64,000 nucleotides of DNA, from contig NC_135813.1 of the NCBI RefSeq assembly GCF_964213995.1, positions 61,194,001 to 61,258,000 on the forward strand. The letters are read 5' to 3'. Shown here piece by piece: positions 36,146 to 50,050 of the stretch. Every line of letters starts with the position of its first letter. Within the stretch, counting starts at the first letter, position 1. A model generated the notes under the pieces. The model was not told the origin of the DNA. It ran no database searches and worked only from the letters and a program-made list of their open reading frames with translations. Both the position numbers and the translations under genes were made by a program. The stretch is from Mustelus asterias (lineage: Eukaryota).

Positions 36146-36290
36146 GTAAGTATTCGTCTCGAAAGGATTTTTAAAAAAATCTTTGTATTATGCTCATCGG
36201 GTGCAGTGTTTGAACTGGTTGGGTCTGAATTGCAGTTATTGTCCACCGTTGAATGAAGGGCCGCTGAACAATAACATTTTATTTCCCTAG

Positions 36291-36641
36291 GTACCAACGC
36301 TGCTCCGGTGCTAACTCAGCCAGCGTCCATCTCAACTTCACTGGGAAAAACCGTCACAATCACTTGCACCATGTCCGGAGCCAGCATGAGCAGTTACTAC
36401 ACAAGCTGGTACTGGCAGAAACCTGGCAGTGCCCCGGCCTTCGTTTGGAGGGACTATGACTCTACCAGAGGTTCGGGGATTCCTGAACGACTCACTGGAT
36501 CGAGGGACCTATCGAAGAACGTTATGTATTTAACCAACAACAATGTAAAGGCCGAGGATGTCGCTGATTATTATTGTGGCTCCTGGGATTTCAGTGCTGG
36601 CAGATTCACTTTCGGCAAAGGAACTAAACTGAATTTGGGCG
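36291..36641 (+). CDS. IGLV: Germline-joined VJ exon, cluster 2, in frame
   Basis: 351 nt between AG and GTGAGT; ITC..WYWQKP..DYYC GSWDFSAGRFT FGKGTKL; no RSS. Confidence 0.96.
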
Positions 36642-38467
36642 GTGAGTGTAATTTTCGCCGTGTACATCTAAGATTCCTAATTTTCGAGTTTTGAATTTCT
36701 GAATTTATCTAATAACATAGAAGTGCATTGGTGCAAACATTGATCATTCGTTATCTCTTGGTGTTTGCAAGGAGGTGCGTCGCAATTTTTTCCCAATATG
36801 CCCGAGAAAATTTCAAGTAAATATCGGTGTTCTAAATCCTTAGGAATTTTCGTACCAAGGAAGGACATTTCAATTGAGCTCTCTGTAGTTTATGTATAGT
36901 ACTTTTATAATGCATGTTAATCTGCACATGACCATGATGAGAATAATGATAAATTATTATTTACTTGTATGTATCTTGCTGTGGTCAGTGTGTCGTGGAG
37001 GCTTCATTGAGCGAAAACATTAACGTGAAATATTTTACAATTCTCCCACACGGTGCAGTTAAATATTGGGGATCAGAGAGATGGAGCGTGTGTATTTTCT
37101 GGGAAGATTCTCTGTTCTTTAGACTTAGCAGAAATAGTTCAGTTAGTGCGTCATTTTGAACGTTGTGCTTCATGTTAGTCATATGTTCATAACGTCACTA
37201 GTAAATCATGAGTAACAATAAACCAATTCGTTTAGAAAATTTAATAACAATTGCACATTTTACGAAATTGATGCTCTCTTTTGGAGCTGGAGTGTTGAGA
37301 TTATCAGTAATCAAATGGGAGTCGTAGTTTTAAATGTAAGTTGTTGTTTTATGGGGGACATAATGGATAGAGACTGTGATTCCGGTGATTAGTATGAGGG
37401 TGCAATGTTTTTGTTTTCAGTCAACTAGAAAATATTAGCGGGAAAAAGATTAGTTGAATTCCATCAAATGAAACTTTCTGGGTAAGTATGATCTCCGGGA
37501 GCTTGGCGGATCATTATCAAGAACTCCGCAAAAATATTTCCAACAATTCAATTGGACATATATTTTTCGCTGTTCTGTTTCCTTAAACAGATTGCGGTTA
37601 CAGGAGGGCGCAAATCAGGACCTCCTCTGCAATGAATGGCCTGATACTCTTTTCCCATTCTTCTCAATACATGTTTATAGCATTGCAGCAAAGTCAGACG
37701 TTAATCAGAAGTTAATTCCACGCAAAGCTTACAACCACTAATAAACTCATATTCAAATCGGGTTCATTTTATATAAATACTACCGCGGGATCAATGAATA
37801 AATATAAATCCCAGATTCAAGCGAATATTCACAATCTCTCGGCGCTATTCAAGGAGCAGCAAAAAAAATCACGGTTTGTGATCTCTTCCCCACGAATCCG
37901 AATGATTACCTGAGAATAAGCATATTGTTATATGCAGCTTCGTTCTTCATTTACTCGCACTGCGCTTCAGAGAACAATGTGTGGTACCTGACATAGTTCT
38001 ATAAGACACGAGTTAATTCATAGTAATCTTAACAAATAGAAATCCTGCCACGAATGATTTGACTAGGCAGCTAAAATCTGAACTGGGGAGCATTTAGATC
38101 AAACAATGTCTGAAGGATGATTTTGCCCGGGGTAATAGTAGTTCCAGTAGTTCAAGCATTCAAATGATAACATAACGGAAAACAAACCAGGCACGAGGTT
38201 GGTGCGCTGCAAGAAGGAACAGACTGGGAAACTTTTCTCTGGAAAACAAAGAGCTGCCGGTGGGTGGTGGTGAGGCGGGGTAGGGCTGATGACCTAATAT
38301 AGAGCTCCTAAACTAAAAACGAGTTTGATGGTATAGATTTCGACAAGATATTTTCATTTTCGTCTTTCTCCAAATACAGATTGTACAACTATTACATAGC
38401 CACGAATGAAGGCAGTAAAATATCCGAGAGGTTACTCTTGAAGCAGAGATGTGTAATTTGCCACTGC

Positions 38468-38822
38468 ATGGGCGATGGCTTAGTGGTATTATTGCTGGAC
38501 TATTGATCCAGAAACTCAACTAATGATCTGAGGACCCGGTTCGAATCCCGCCATGGCAACTGTTGGAGTTCGAATGCAATAAAACAATAATCTGGAATTA
38601 AGAATCTACTGATGGCCATCAAACCATTGTGGATTGTCGGAAAATCCATCAGGTTCACTAATGTCCTTTGGGAAAGGAAATCTGCCGTCCTTACCTGGTC
38701 TGGCCTACATGTGACTCCAGACCCACAGCAATGTGGTTGACTCTCCACTGCCCTTCGAGGGCAACTAGGGATGGGCAATAAATGCTGGCCAGCTAGGGAC
38801 GCCCATGTCCCATGAATGAACA
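38468..38822 (+). mobile_element. tRNA-derived SINE, DeuSINE/SacSINE1-like, in the J-C intron of cluster 2
   Basis: A-box-like TGGCTTAGTGG, B-box GGTTCGAATCC, central domain, tail ...GGGCAATAAATGCTGGCC...CATGAATGAA; absent in cluster 1 (about 4140); family name recalled, not verified. Confidence 0.75.
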
Positions 38823-38971
38823 GAAAAAGTGCTGTGGGTGAGGAGAACCAGAGGAAAAATTAATAAATGCAAGCGGGGGAACAGAAAAAAAGGATTTGCA
38901 GATATAAGGAGATGTTGTAGGGTGAGAGGAGATTAGGTGGAGCAGCAAATCGGCAGAGTCCAATTGGAGGA

Positions 38972-39234
38972 TGTTATGGCGACCACGAAGGCCGGGGGTC
39001 ATCAATAGATGTCACGGTGGGTTTCGTGGAGTACGACCTGCCTTATTGAGGGAGCGGAGGCTTGCACAATACGTAGCAGGCAGCGGTGGGTTTTAAAGTG
39101 GTTTTTTTCCCCGGACAGGTGTTTTTGGTCCCGGCGGAGACGACCTTATTGTAAGCCGCGGGAACTGCCCTTTCCTTTAGTACACATTAAAGGGTGTTGA
39201 TGACGGGAAACTGGCTTGTGCCTGAATTACTACA
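38972..39234 (+). mobile_element. Possible short solo LTR
   Basis: TGTTA...TACA ends; ATTAAA at 39186; absent from the cluster 1 intron; no clear TSD. Confidence 0.35.
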
Positions 39235-39660
39235 CTGGGGATCCCCCTTTTTTCTGCTGAAATTTGTATGTCATAATCCAAAAAAGGTTTGTGGCCACTA
39301 GCGTTGTTAAATTCTCCCCACAATCTTCAAAACTGAGTTGCACTGGACGTGAAACGAAAACTGAAATGGAGCAAAATCTGATTTTTGGGTTTTAATCTAA
39401 GTAAGAACATATAATCTGTCAGTTTCCGTTTTTCGAAATGCACGTACTCTAGGATTTTGCTCAATTCGTTTAATAGGTTTCTAGATCTACGGACTATGTG
39501 CGGTTAGTTAAGGCACTTTAAGAAGTTCTCATTGGACAACATATAAATAGCGCAGTAAGATTTTAAAAATCGTCTAAAACGTAAATCTGTGAATTTCGGC
39601 TGTTTGTATGTATAAAGTACGGAGTAGATCTTCATGCGCTGTTTCTCATTTTCTTTCCAG

Positions 39661-39983
39661 CGCCTCGGGCCCCCTCTGTCTCCGTCCTGCCGCCTTCGTC
39701 GGATCAAGTCAAAGAAAATGATAAGGCCACCCTGGTCTGTTTTATTAACAGCTTCAACCCGGGAGTTGTGGAGGTTGAATGGTTTGTAGATGGCAGTGTC
39801 AGAGGGAATGGTGTTGAGACCAGTCGTGTACTGCAGGAGACGAACAGCACGTTCAGTGTGAGCAGTTATCTGACTCTGTCAACCTCAGAATGGAACTCAC
39901 ATGAGCTTTACTCCTGTGTGGTTAAGCACCAGACCCTGGCAAATCCGTTAACAACAAACATACAGAGGTCTCGCTGTATCTGA
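39661..39983 (+). CDS. IGLC: Ig lambda-type light-chain constant exon, cluster 2
   Basis: Acceptor ttctttccAG at 39660; (A)PRAPSVSVLPPSSDQ..ATLVC..W..YSCVVKH..SRCI*; phase matches the VJ donor. Confidence 0.96.
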
Positions 39984-41689
39984 TGCAAAAGCCCAGCATC
40001 ACATTCTGTAGTTTAAACGTCAGGAAAGCAAAATTAAAACTTCGGGCTGTATTTTTATTTTCAACGCTCCATTTGAAATTATAAAAAAAATGCCCAGTTA
40101 GTTTGTTTGATACAATTTTGTGCAACGTAAACATTTGCTGATTCTGCAGTCATCTCACTTTCTTTGTACCATTTCAGTGTAATACAATTTGTAATTGATG
40201 GTATTGTTTTCCTGCTTCAGTATCTTCGAATTTCGGACCATTTTAAGCATCCTAATCAAGCGAGGCTGTATTCTTTATAGTCTTTTGAAAATTTATACAA
40301 AACTGCCTAGCATATTGTCGAAATAATGATTTTACAAAATTAGTGACTGAGTAATGATATATCTTAGTAAATGCTACACTGGCGAAAATGCCCTGTGTCT
40401 ATGATTAAGGTGATCGTTTGTCCTTGTTCTGAGTGACCTCAATGTGAAACCAAATAACGTCACAACTTCCTCGTTGGCAAATATAATTGGTAGTCAGGCA
40501 CCCAATAGAATCAGAATGTAAGCTGAGATAATACAGGAAGAAATATTCATCGAATGTTTTCGCACAAATAACACACGTGTCTTAGAATCGGATAAGTATT
40601 TTAACACAACGGTTTTATAAAGCTGTAGCAGGATTCTAAGCAGTGGAACGATGATTCCGGAATTGGTCACCCCTGAACCGATCAGAAGCTGTACAAGAGA
40701 GAATTTGGGAGCAGAAATTAAAGTTACTTTTAAGAAATTGGTGAACATTTGCGTAATTTGGAGAATATGTGCACACAAAGATCGCCAGCCATGTCGTTGA
40801 GCGTTTGCAAGCAGAGGTATTGGTCCTGAACAGTAACAATCTGTGCGAACTGTTTCAGCTGCTGCAGAAAGAACTCTGTCACCTGACAGAATTCTAAAAA
40901 TAACAGTAAGTTAATATCAAAGTGGCAAGTTTTGTTTGCTACTACGAGAAGCAATAACACAATTGAGGTCGTGCCGAAGCATACTACCAACTTAAACGGT
41001 GTCGTGCAGGAAGAAGAGGTGTAATATGGGCCAACGTGAGTCATTAACGGTTAGACAGAGACTGTAATACAGCTGAGTAAATGAAATTCAGGCTAGCCAC
41101 ATCGAGTTCAGCAAAATATTGGCAGACGAAAAAGCAGTTAGAAAATCGCAGGGCTGATACGCAGACGTTCACTGTTCTGGGATTGGGTAAAGACTCTTAT
41201 TAATGGGTACAAACATCTATTAGATTCCAGGGCAGATGCCCAGAGCTGGCGAACAGGGTGGCAGGACATAGGATAAACACAGAAAGAGCATGCGTTAAAC
41301 CTAAATGAAGATTCACATCAGTAAAAGGAAAATGTGTTGGTTAGGCAATTTCACGAGCCTGTAAACTGTGGCAAGCTGCACCAGGAACCTTTCTAATTTC
41401 ACTGGACTGTTTTACTTACAATTTGACCGCGAAACTGTCGTCTGCAAAACCTTGCACGGGCTGGCTGCACCTCTTTGCAGCGCCCCTTGTTGGAAGCGCA
41501 ATGATTTTGCAGGCTTTATATTAGTTAATTTTAAGAATGGGGCATACATGTTATCGGTGAATACAAACGTTTTCTCTACTGATAATTTCCAAGGATAGGC
41601 ACCGAAATAAAGTCATCTATCCAATACTCTCCTCATAGGCATCCCCTCGTCTGCCATCCATGCACCCTCGTAATCTAGAGCACATCAAA

Positions 41690-42545
41690 AACTCTTGGCT
41701 CGCACCACTTCCAGGAAACCCGTCCGAGGAACATAGGGCAGGAGGAAGCGGGAAAATGTAGGCCCATAATTCATTGGAAAAAATGCTGAAATATGCTATT
41801 CAGTAAATGCTGAGGGGAGATTGAAAATTAACAATAGAGTCAAGTGGAGTCAAGGTGATTTTCATGAAATGTAAGTCATATCTAACAAATTTATTATCGT
41901 TTTTTGAGGACCAAACGGACAAGGCGAATAAAGCGAAGAAAAAGTAAACATAGCGTATTTGGATTTCCAAATGGCATTCCAGAAGGTGCCATGTAAAAGT
42001 ATATTGCACAACATTGGCGTTGGGTATGCTAAGTGAGCAAAGATAGATGCTGGCCAACTAACATGAAATACAGAGTCAGGATAAATGGGTCATCGCTCGG
42101 TTGGCAAGTTTACTAGCGGCGAGCCGCATGTCATCGATGCTGGTAAAGGCAGGTTGTGAGGAGGATGAATACTATTCAAGGGGATATAAATAGGATAAGT
42201 GGACGAGCAAAGACATTGACATATAGGGGTATAATGTGAGAAAATCTGCCGTTGCCCACTTTGACTGGAACAACAGAAAACGGAACCTTACTTAAAGGGA
42301 GATATTTTCAGAATTTTGCAGTACAGAGATGTGGGTGTCCTCTTTCATGAATTACCAAAGTTTAGCGCGCAGATACAGAAAGTAATCAGTGAGACAAATG
42401 AAACATTAGAATATAATGGAATGGGTTGCATATAAAGGTAAGGAGGTGTTGGCATTGGTGTTGATAATGATATTGATGTGACCGCACCGAGGCTACTTTG
42501 CACGGATTTGGGCTCTTTATTTGAGGAACGATATTGCTGCATTAG
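41690..42545 (+). mobile_element. Ancient decayed CR1, paralog of the 13590-18090 copy
   Basis: Colinear with 13590-14293 plus 17345-17600, without the nested insertions. Confidence 0.7.
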
Positions 42546-42687
42546 AAACTGTAATATCCTAACTGTGCAAGGAGTTGTGGGTTTTAACGAAAAGTCGACA
42601 ATGTGGTTTTCACATGTTAATTCAAACTAACACAGAAAGTGATGTTCACTGCACAGAGTACAAACCGAAAGTGAACCAGCAACCTCT

Positions 42688-43046
42688 GGGCGGCACGGTA
42701 GCACAGTGGGCGGCACGGTAGCACAGTGGTTAGCACTGCTGCTTCACAGCTCCAGGGTCCCGGGTTCGATTCCCGGCTCGGGTCACTGTCTGTGTGGAGT
42801 TTGCACATTCTCCTCGTGTCTGCGTGGGTTTCCTCCGGGTGCTCCGGTTTCCTCCCACAGTCCAAAGATGTGCGGGTTAGGTTGATTGGCCAGGTTAAAA
42901 AAATTGCCCCTTAGAGTCCTGAGATGCGTAGGTTAGCGGGATTAGCGGGTAAATATGTGGGGGTAGGGCCTGGGTGGGATTGTGGTCGGTGCAGACTCGA
43001 TGGGCCGAATGGCCTCCTTCTGCACTGTAGGATTTCTATGATTTCT
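42688..43046 (+). mobile_element. HE1-like V-SINE with the first 20 nt duplicated
   Basis: GGGCGGCACGGTAGCACAGT twice, then a body nearly identical to 22199-22529. Confidence 0.9.
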
Positions 43047-43399
43047 GAAGCACTCTCATGACATCACCATCAAATCATGTGATCAGCTCTTAAAGCAAAC
43101 TGCAACCTTTTAAAATATATAACACCGCTCTCCCATTACTTCTGTGGTCACGATAAGAAATTACGACGATGTTATACATAGGGTCAATAATCCTCTGGAC
43201 ATAGTAGTATGCACCATTAATCTTTCTACACAGTCAATGAGAAACTCGATCAGAGTACATCGATTCCTCTTTTATTCTATACAAGGTTCTGCACTTGAGC
43301 AGTCCTGGAACCGAGAAGTGTGATTGGGAACATCAGTAGACGCTTATTTTCTTGGAACTAATTCTGAAACATTCTCAGCACAGTAGTAGAGACACAATC

Positions 43400-44990
43400 A
43401 TCAGGCAATTCAGATACAATTAATTATTTCGTAGTAGTATTCACAACCTAGGGACTAAAGAAGTTTGGACTTCTGGAGGCGATTCTGAGAAATCATTACG
43501 AGATGACAACAATTGGTTAGCATGGTAACACCAAAATAGTTCACCTTTGATTTGAGCAGTTTAAAAATTTGGACTGTTTTTGCTAAAATTAATGCTGGTA
43601 CCCATTTCTCACTCGTGTCATAATTACACGCTAACACACGATCTCCTTGTTGAAATGAATATTGTTTTGCCTTCATTTCTAGTCCAGCAACTTAAGATTG
43701 TTGCTGATGCTTTACCCTCTCTGACGTTTCTGAAGGTAATAACAAACCAAACGTAGTTCTCAACTTTCTCATCAAGAGTAGTAATGCAGATTAATTTAGG
43801 GTAGTCGCAGGAGTAGTGTTTCTACAATGTCAAACAAACTGTTCACATGGTGTGATAATGAATCTTGCTCTTTTGCAGTTTTCAAGAAGGAATGTGCAGA
43901 TCTAACAACTAGTGCATTGGTTGATGGAGGATAAGGCAGTGCCAGGGCACCCGGTAGGCAGAGCCAGGGTATCAGGTTGGCACTGTCAGCCTGGCACTGC
44001 CAAGGGGCACCTCCCATGTGCTCACCCTCGGGGGTGGGGGGCTTAATGGCTTCCGGTTCTACCGGCGAGGCGATCACCACTGGTCCCCATTCGTGCAGAC
44101 AATCTGTGATCCTCACCGGAGAGAAACTCTCCCGGAAAGGCAAGTGAGCCCGAACGATCGTGCCCTCTGCTCGTCAGTTTCATTAAAATGAGCATTTAAA
44201 TATAAGCAAATAATTTATTTACCCTCTTGCCAGAAATGGGCGGGAGTCTGGATGCGCTGCACATCCAGTGCCATAAGATTGCGACAGGCCACAAATTCGA
44301 CGCAATCCTGATTTCTCCATTCTCGTGCGATTTTACCGGCCTACCCCGCCCAACGATGGGCAGAGCAAAGTGGTAAGATCACCCCCATCTGGTTCCATAT
44401 CAAAATGTGTTCCAGCTAATGATGTGTTCCACCTATTGTTCCTTCCTATACCATATCCAGCACCTTCCCCGTCACGGGATAATTCCTGGTATGTCTCTGA
44501 ACTTGGAAACTGTCAATGGCAAATAATCTACCAGCAAAAATGGAATAATATCAGCAAAACTAGTTGGTGGCATCTGCTCAATAGGTAAATGATAGCGTGA
44601 AAATGCGTCAGCATCAGCATAACACTGAATGACTATAATGCATATCGTAAGAGTGTGCAGATAAGATCAGTCACCAACTTTTCAATCGCTTCATTTGAAT
44701 TCCCTTCATTGAGCCAAGTGTCCCTTCGAGTACACTCTTGTCTTTATCCAGCAGGTGCTTCAGGCCTGTTTTGACAGCCACCAATGTGTTGACAGAATTT
44801 CAACCAAGCTTTATCTGCTTCAACCATGATTCCCCCAAATATAGCTGGAACATTACCACGGATCACATCAAGAGGCAACTCCGCTGTTTGTCCACTCAAC
44901 TCTATGTTAACCATGATGTATCTTTAAACATCATGGTCTTTTTCATTCATGTCCTTAAAATCAAGACTACCATCTGCATCAATTCAGCAT
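43400..44990 (-). mobile_element. Decayed Ty3/Gypsy internal fragments, interrupted by a GC-rich repeat at about 43930-44380
   Basis: SFQQGDRVLACNYDTSEKWVPA resembles the SH3-like tail of Gypsy integrases; boundaries uncertain. Confidence 0.5.
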
Positions 44991-44994
44991 TAAG

Positions 44995-45912
44995 CATCTC
45001 GCACAAAATATGTGTCAAAGGGAAATGGGGTAACTCTGCGCTCTTTGGAGACATGGCCTAGCACAAGCGATGATTGTTCTGGTGGTGGGATGTTAATCAT
45101 CTCACTTCGAGAACGTCACTGCAGGGTTTCCTCGCGGAGTGTCCTTGGCCTAAGTATCTGCAACTGCTTCATCAATGATATTCGTTCCATCACAATGTTG
45201 AAAGTTCTGGAATGCAGATAGATGGGAATGGGGTCAATTATTGTAGTTAACTGTACATTTGTTTTGTATAGTGACCTTTCTTGTGTGGTTTTACATGTTA
45301 ATAAACATTATTTTATTTGAATGGTTACAACGAGCATACCATTCCTCACCTCATACCAAATTGTATAATTACACTCTTAGGAACCGGTGTTCCGAATTAT
45401 CCTTTCAAATATTTGGGGTACCCCTGCGTCTAACATCAGCGGGGTTCTTAACACAGTCAAAGCCTTCCTGGCACTTCCTGACACTCAATAAGCTTAATAC
45501 CATCCAGGCCAAAGCAGGCCCATTTCGTGGTGCTCCATCCAGAAACATGCACTCCCTCCACCACCTATGCAGTGTGGTAGCAATATGCGCCATCTGCGTG
45601 ATGCAATGCACAAACTCACTAAAGGTCCCTCGGCAGACCTTTCCAAACATATGACTGCCATGACGTGGAAAGCCCAGGGCAGCAGACACAAGGGAATACC
45701 ACCAGCTGCAAGTCCCCCTTCAACCAAGTCACCATCCTCAATTGGAAATATATCGACATTCGTACATTGTCACTGAGTCAAAAACCTTGAACGCCCTCCT
45801 GAACCGCATTGTGTGTGCACATACAGATCACCAAAAGCTTCTCAAAGGCAGTTAGGCACGGGAAATAAATGTTGACACAGTCAGCGACAGTCACGTCTAA
45901 TGCATGGATAAA
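44995..45912 (+). mobile_element. Old LINE 3' remnant with a tail like that of the 38468 SINE
   Basis: SVLGLSICNCFIND RT remnant; 3' end gcagttaggcacgggaaataaatg...gcatggataaaa. Confidence 0.6.
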
Positions 45913-46419
45913 ACCAACGAATGCAAAGCAAAATATGCTGAAATGTCCTCAGTAAGGTAATTGATCTCATAATGGCGAGTGTAATTGGAATGTACGCGGT
46001 TGATAACGTCCACAGGGACGTTGATAAAGTGGTTGATAACAAACGAGGTAATAGACTTCTGAGGAAAATCAAGAGGATCAATTGGCTGTGTGAATATAAA
46101 ATTGGGTAGGGGTGGGTGAGTAGTGAGGAAAGTTTTTTTTTAGACTGAGGGAAATTGTTCATTGGTGCCGCCACGACTCCGTTATGACCAACGCGTTTCT
46201 TCATAGTTATTAACGATGTGGGCTGTGCACACAGAATAAAATGTCAAAGTATTTCGAAGGCAGGAAATTCAGAAACGTAGTAAGCAATGAGAAGGATTGC
46301 AACGGACATCAGGTGGAAATAGACATTGTTCAACTTTTCACTTCTTTGTCTCTGTGTTAAATACTTGATCACATTTCCAAGCCCTCCACTTCTGGATGTT
46401 TCAGCCAGGCAGAAACATT

Positions 46420-47240
46420 GGGCTTTGCTTTACGGGTGCAAGGATATGATTTTTCGGATTCCGGGGTTACCTGCCCCGACACGTGAAAAGTTGGTGCGGA
46501 ACGCATCCCCGCCCATAATGTTGGCAATGCAGTCATTTAAAATTTCGTAGGGCTAAAACGAGCTAAGGGAAATACTCCCACAACCCATTTGGGGGGGGGG
46601 GGGGAGACACATCTTAGAACGCTGCTGGCCAATTGGTTGCCAAGTGACTCTATAGTCCCAACAGCGTCAGTTTTGCAAGGTGAACATTGCTTGGACAAAA
46701 ACTAGTTCCAAAAGAAGAAATCTAATGGAGTCCGCACTAAGGGTTATGTATTTGGGTTATGCGAAGTTCGAGCGATGGGGTTGATGGAGGTATTGACCTT
46801 CTTACGCTACGGCATCAACTTACGTTGTCAGGTCCACTGATTCGAGTTAGGAGACGGTATGATCTTGGGTTGAGGGCGTCTTCAATATGTCCAGGGGACT
46901 ACAAAAGGAAGAACCATTCGCGTGCTGGATACCAGCCCGCACAGTTAAAGCTGCTGAATTACCCATTTGGGGTGGGTCAGTTCCTAGCACGGGTAAAATA
47001 ATAGCGGGGGCAGGATGAGGCGTTTGAATGGCTCTTGATTGGCTGCTCAAAAGTTTTAATAAGTCGAAAGGCAGATGCGCTGCTCAGCGCCGCCACCTAC
47101 GCTCGTAAAATGGGAAGGAGGTCAACGGCGGACGACGGGGCAGCAGGAACACCATGGGCTGAATGTTCCCACTTTCCCACTTTCAGCCCCGCCACAGGAG
47201 CGACGGGGGACGTGGGTGGGGGGGACGTAAAATCCCGTCG
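46420..47240. mobile_element. Possible non-autonomous DNA transposon with degenerate TIRs
   Basis: gggctttgctttacg at the left end vs cgtaaaatcccgtc at the right end; GC-rich and non-coding. Confidence 0.3.
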
Positions 47241-50050
47241 CATATATAGGGCTCAAACACGACAGTAAATGTGAGACTCACGCGAGAATAAATTGGATTT
47301 ACATAGAAACATAGGAAATAGGTGGAGGAGGAGGCCATTTGGCACTTCGAGTCTGCGCCGCCATTCATTGCGATCATCGCTGACCGTTCAACTCAATAGC
47401 CTAATCCTACTTTCTCCCCATAACGTTTGGCCCCTTTTGCCCTAGATCCAGCCGCCTGTTGAATACATTCAATGTTTTGGCATCAACTACGTCCTGTGGT
47501 AATGAATTCCACAGGCTCGCCACTCTTTGGGTGAAGAAATGTCTCCTTACCTCCGTCCCAAATGGTCTACCCCGAATCCTCAGACTGTGACCCTGGTTCT
47601 GGACTCCCCCAACATCGGGAACATCCTCCCTGCATCTCCCCTGTCTAGTCCTGTTAGAATTTTGTAAATCTCCATGAGATCCCCCCTCGTTCGTCTGAAT
47701 TCCAGCGAAACCAATCCTAACCTAGTCAACCTTTTCTCATACGTCAATCCCGCCATCCCCGGAATCAGCCAGGTATACCATCGCTGCACTCCCTCGAGAG
47801 CAAGAACACCCTTCCTCAGAAAAGGAGACCAAAACTACACATAATATTCTCGGTGTGGTCTCACAAAGGCCCTGTATAATTGCAACCACATATCCCTGCT
47901 CCTGTACTCGAAACATCTCGCAATGAAGCCCAACATACTATTTGCCTTCTTTACTGCCTGCTGCATCTGCATGCCTACCTTCAGGGACTGGTGCGCAAGG
48001 GCACCCAGGACCCGCTGTGCAACTGCCTCTCCCAACTTACAACCATTCAGGTATTAATTTGCCTTCTTGTTTTTGCTTCCAAAGTGAATAATCTTATCCA
48101 AATTACATTGCATCTGCCGTTGATTTGCCCACTCACTCAACCTGTCCAGATCATTCTAAAGGATCTCTGCATGCTCGTCACATTTCACCCTCCCACCCAA
48201 CTTGGTATCATCTGCAAGCTTTGAGATGTTACATTGTGTTCCGTCATCCAAATCATTAATACATATTGTGAATAGCTGGGGTCCCAGCACCGATCACTGT
48301 GGCACCCCATTAGTTACTACCTACCGATTTGAAAAGGACCCATTAATCCCTATACTTTCTTTCCTCTCTGCTAACCAGTTTTCTATCCATCTCAATACAC
48401 TTCCCCCCGTCCCATGCACTTTAATCTTGCACGATAGTCTCTTATGCGGGATTTTATCAAACACTTTCTGAAAGTCCAAATATACCACATCAACTGGCTC
48501 CCCCTTGCCAACTCTATGAGTTACATCTTCAAAGAATTCTAACAGATTTGCCAAGAATGATTTCCCGTTCATAAATCCATACTGACTCTGTCTAATCCTG
48601 TCACTGCTTTCTAAATGCTCTGATATAAACTCCTTGATAACGGATTGGAGATCTTTCCCCACTACTGATGGTAGGCGTACTGGCCTATATTTCCCTGTTT
48701 TCTCTGTACCTCCCTTTCTGAATACGAGAATGACATTAGCTACCCTCCGATCTGCAGGGACTGTTCCAGAGTCTATAGCATCCTGGAAGATGACCACCAA
48801 TGCATTCACTATTTCTAGAGCCACTTCCCTAGCTACTCTGGGATGTAGATTATCAGGCCTTGGGGATTTATCCACCTTCAATCCCATCAATTTTCCCAGC
48901 ACCATTTCTCTAATAATATTGATCTCCCTCTGTTGTTCCCTATCACTAAATCTTGCATTCTCTAACGTATCTGGTATCTGATTTAAGAACAAAGAACTAA
49001 GAACAGTACAGCACAGGAAACAGGCCCTTCGGCCCTCCAAGCCTGTGCCGCTCCTCGGTCCAACTAGACCAATCGGTTGTTTCCCTCCATCCCCAGGCTG
49101 CTCATGTGACTATCCAGGTAAGTCTTAAATGATGTCAGCGTGTCTGCCTCCACCACCCTACTTGGCAGCGCATTCCGGGCCCCCACCACCCTCTGTGTAA
49201 AAAATATCCCTCTAATATCTGAGTTGTACTTTGCCCCTCTCACCTTGAGCCCGTGACCCCTCGTGATCGTCACTTCTGATCTGGGAAAAAGCTTCCCACC
49301 GTTCACCCTATCTATCCCCTTCATAATCTTGTACACCTCTATTAGATCTCCCCTCATTCTCCGTCTTTCCAGGGAGAACAACCCCAGTTTACCCAATCTC
49401 TCCTCATAGCTAAGACCCTCCATACCAGGCAACATCCTGGTAAACCTTCGCTGCACTCTCTCTGACACCTCCACGTCCTTCTGGTAGTGCGGCAACCAGA
49501 ACTGGACGCAGTACTCCAAATGTGGCCTAACCAGCGTTCTATACAGCTGCATCATCAGACTCCAGCTTTTATACTCTATACCCCGTCCTATAAAGGCAAG
49601 CATACCATATGCCTTCTTCATCACCTTCTCCACCTGTGTTGCCACCTTCAAGGATTTGTGGACTTGCACACCTAGGTCCCTCTATGTTTCTATACTCTTG
49701 ATGGCTCTGCCATTTATTGTATAACTCCTCCCTATATTATTTCTTCCAAAATGCATCACTTCGCATTCATCTGGATTAAATTCCATCTGCCAACTCTCCG
49801 CCCAATTTTCCAGCCTATCTATATCCTGCTGTATTGCCCAACAATGCTCATCGCTATCCGCAAGTCCAGCCATCTTCGTGTCATCCGCAAACTTGCTGAT
49901 AACACCAGTTACACCTTCTTCCAAATCATTTATATATATATATCACAAATAGCAGAGGTCCCAGTACAGAGCCCTGCAGAACACCACTGGTTACAGACCT
50001 CGAGCCGGAAAAAGACCCTTCGACAGCTACCCTCTGTCTCCTATGGCCAA

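Noticed and set aside
38468-38552. tRNA gene
   Set aside because: A and B boxes belong to a SINE head; no complete cloverleaf and a SINE body follows
42722-42728. CACAGTG heptamers in SINE heads
   Set aside because: Part of the SINE tRNA-derived A-box region, with no nonamer
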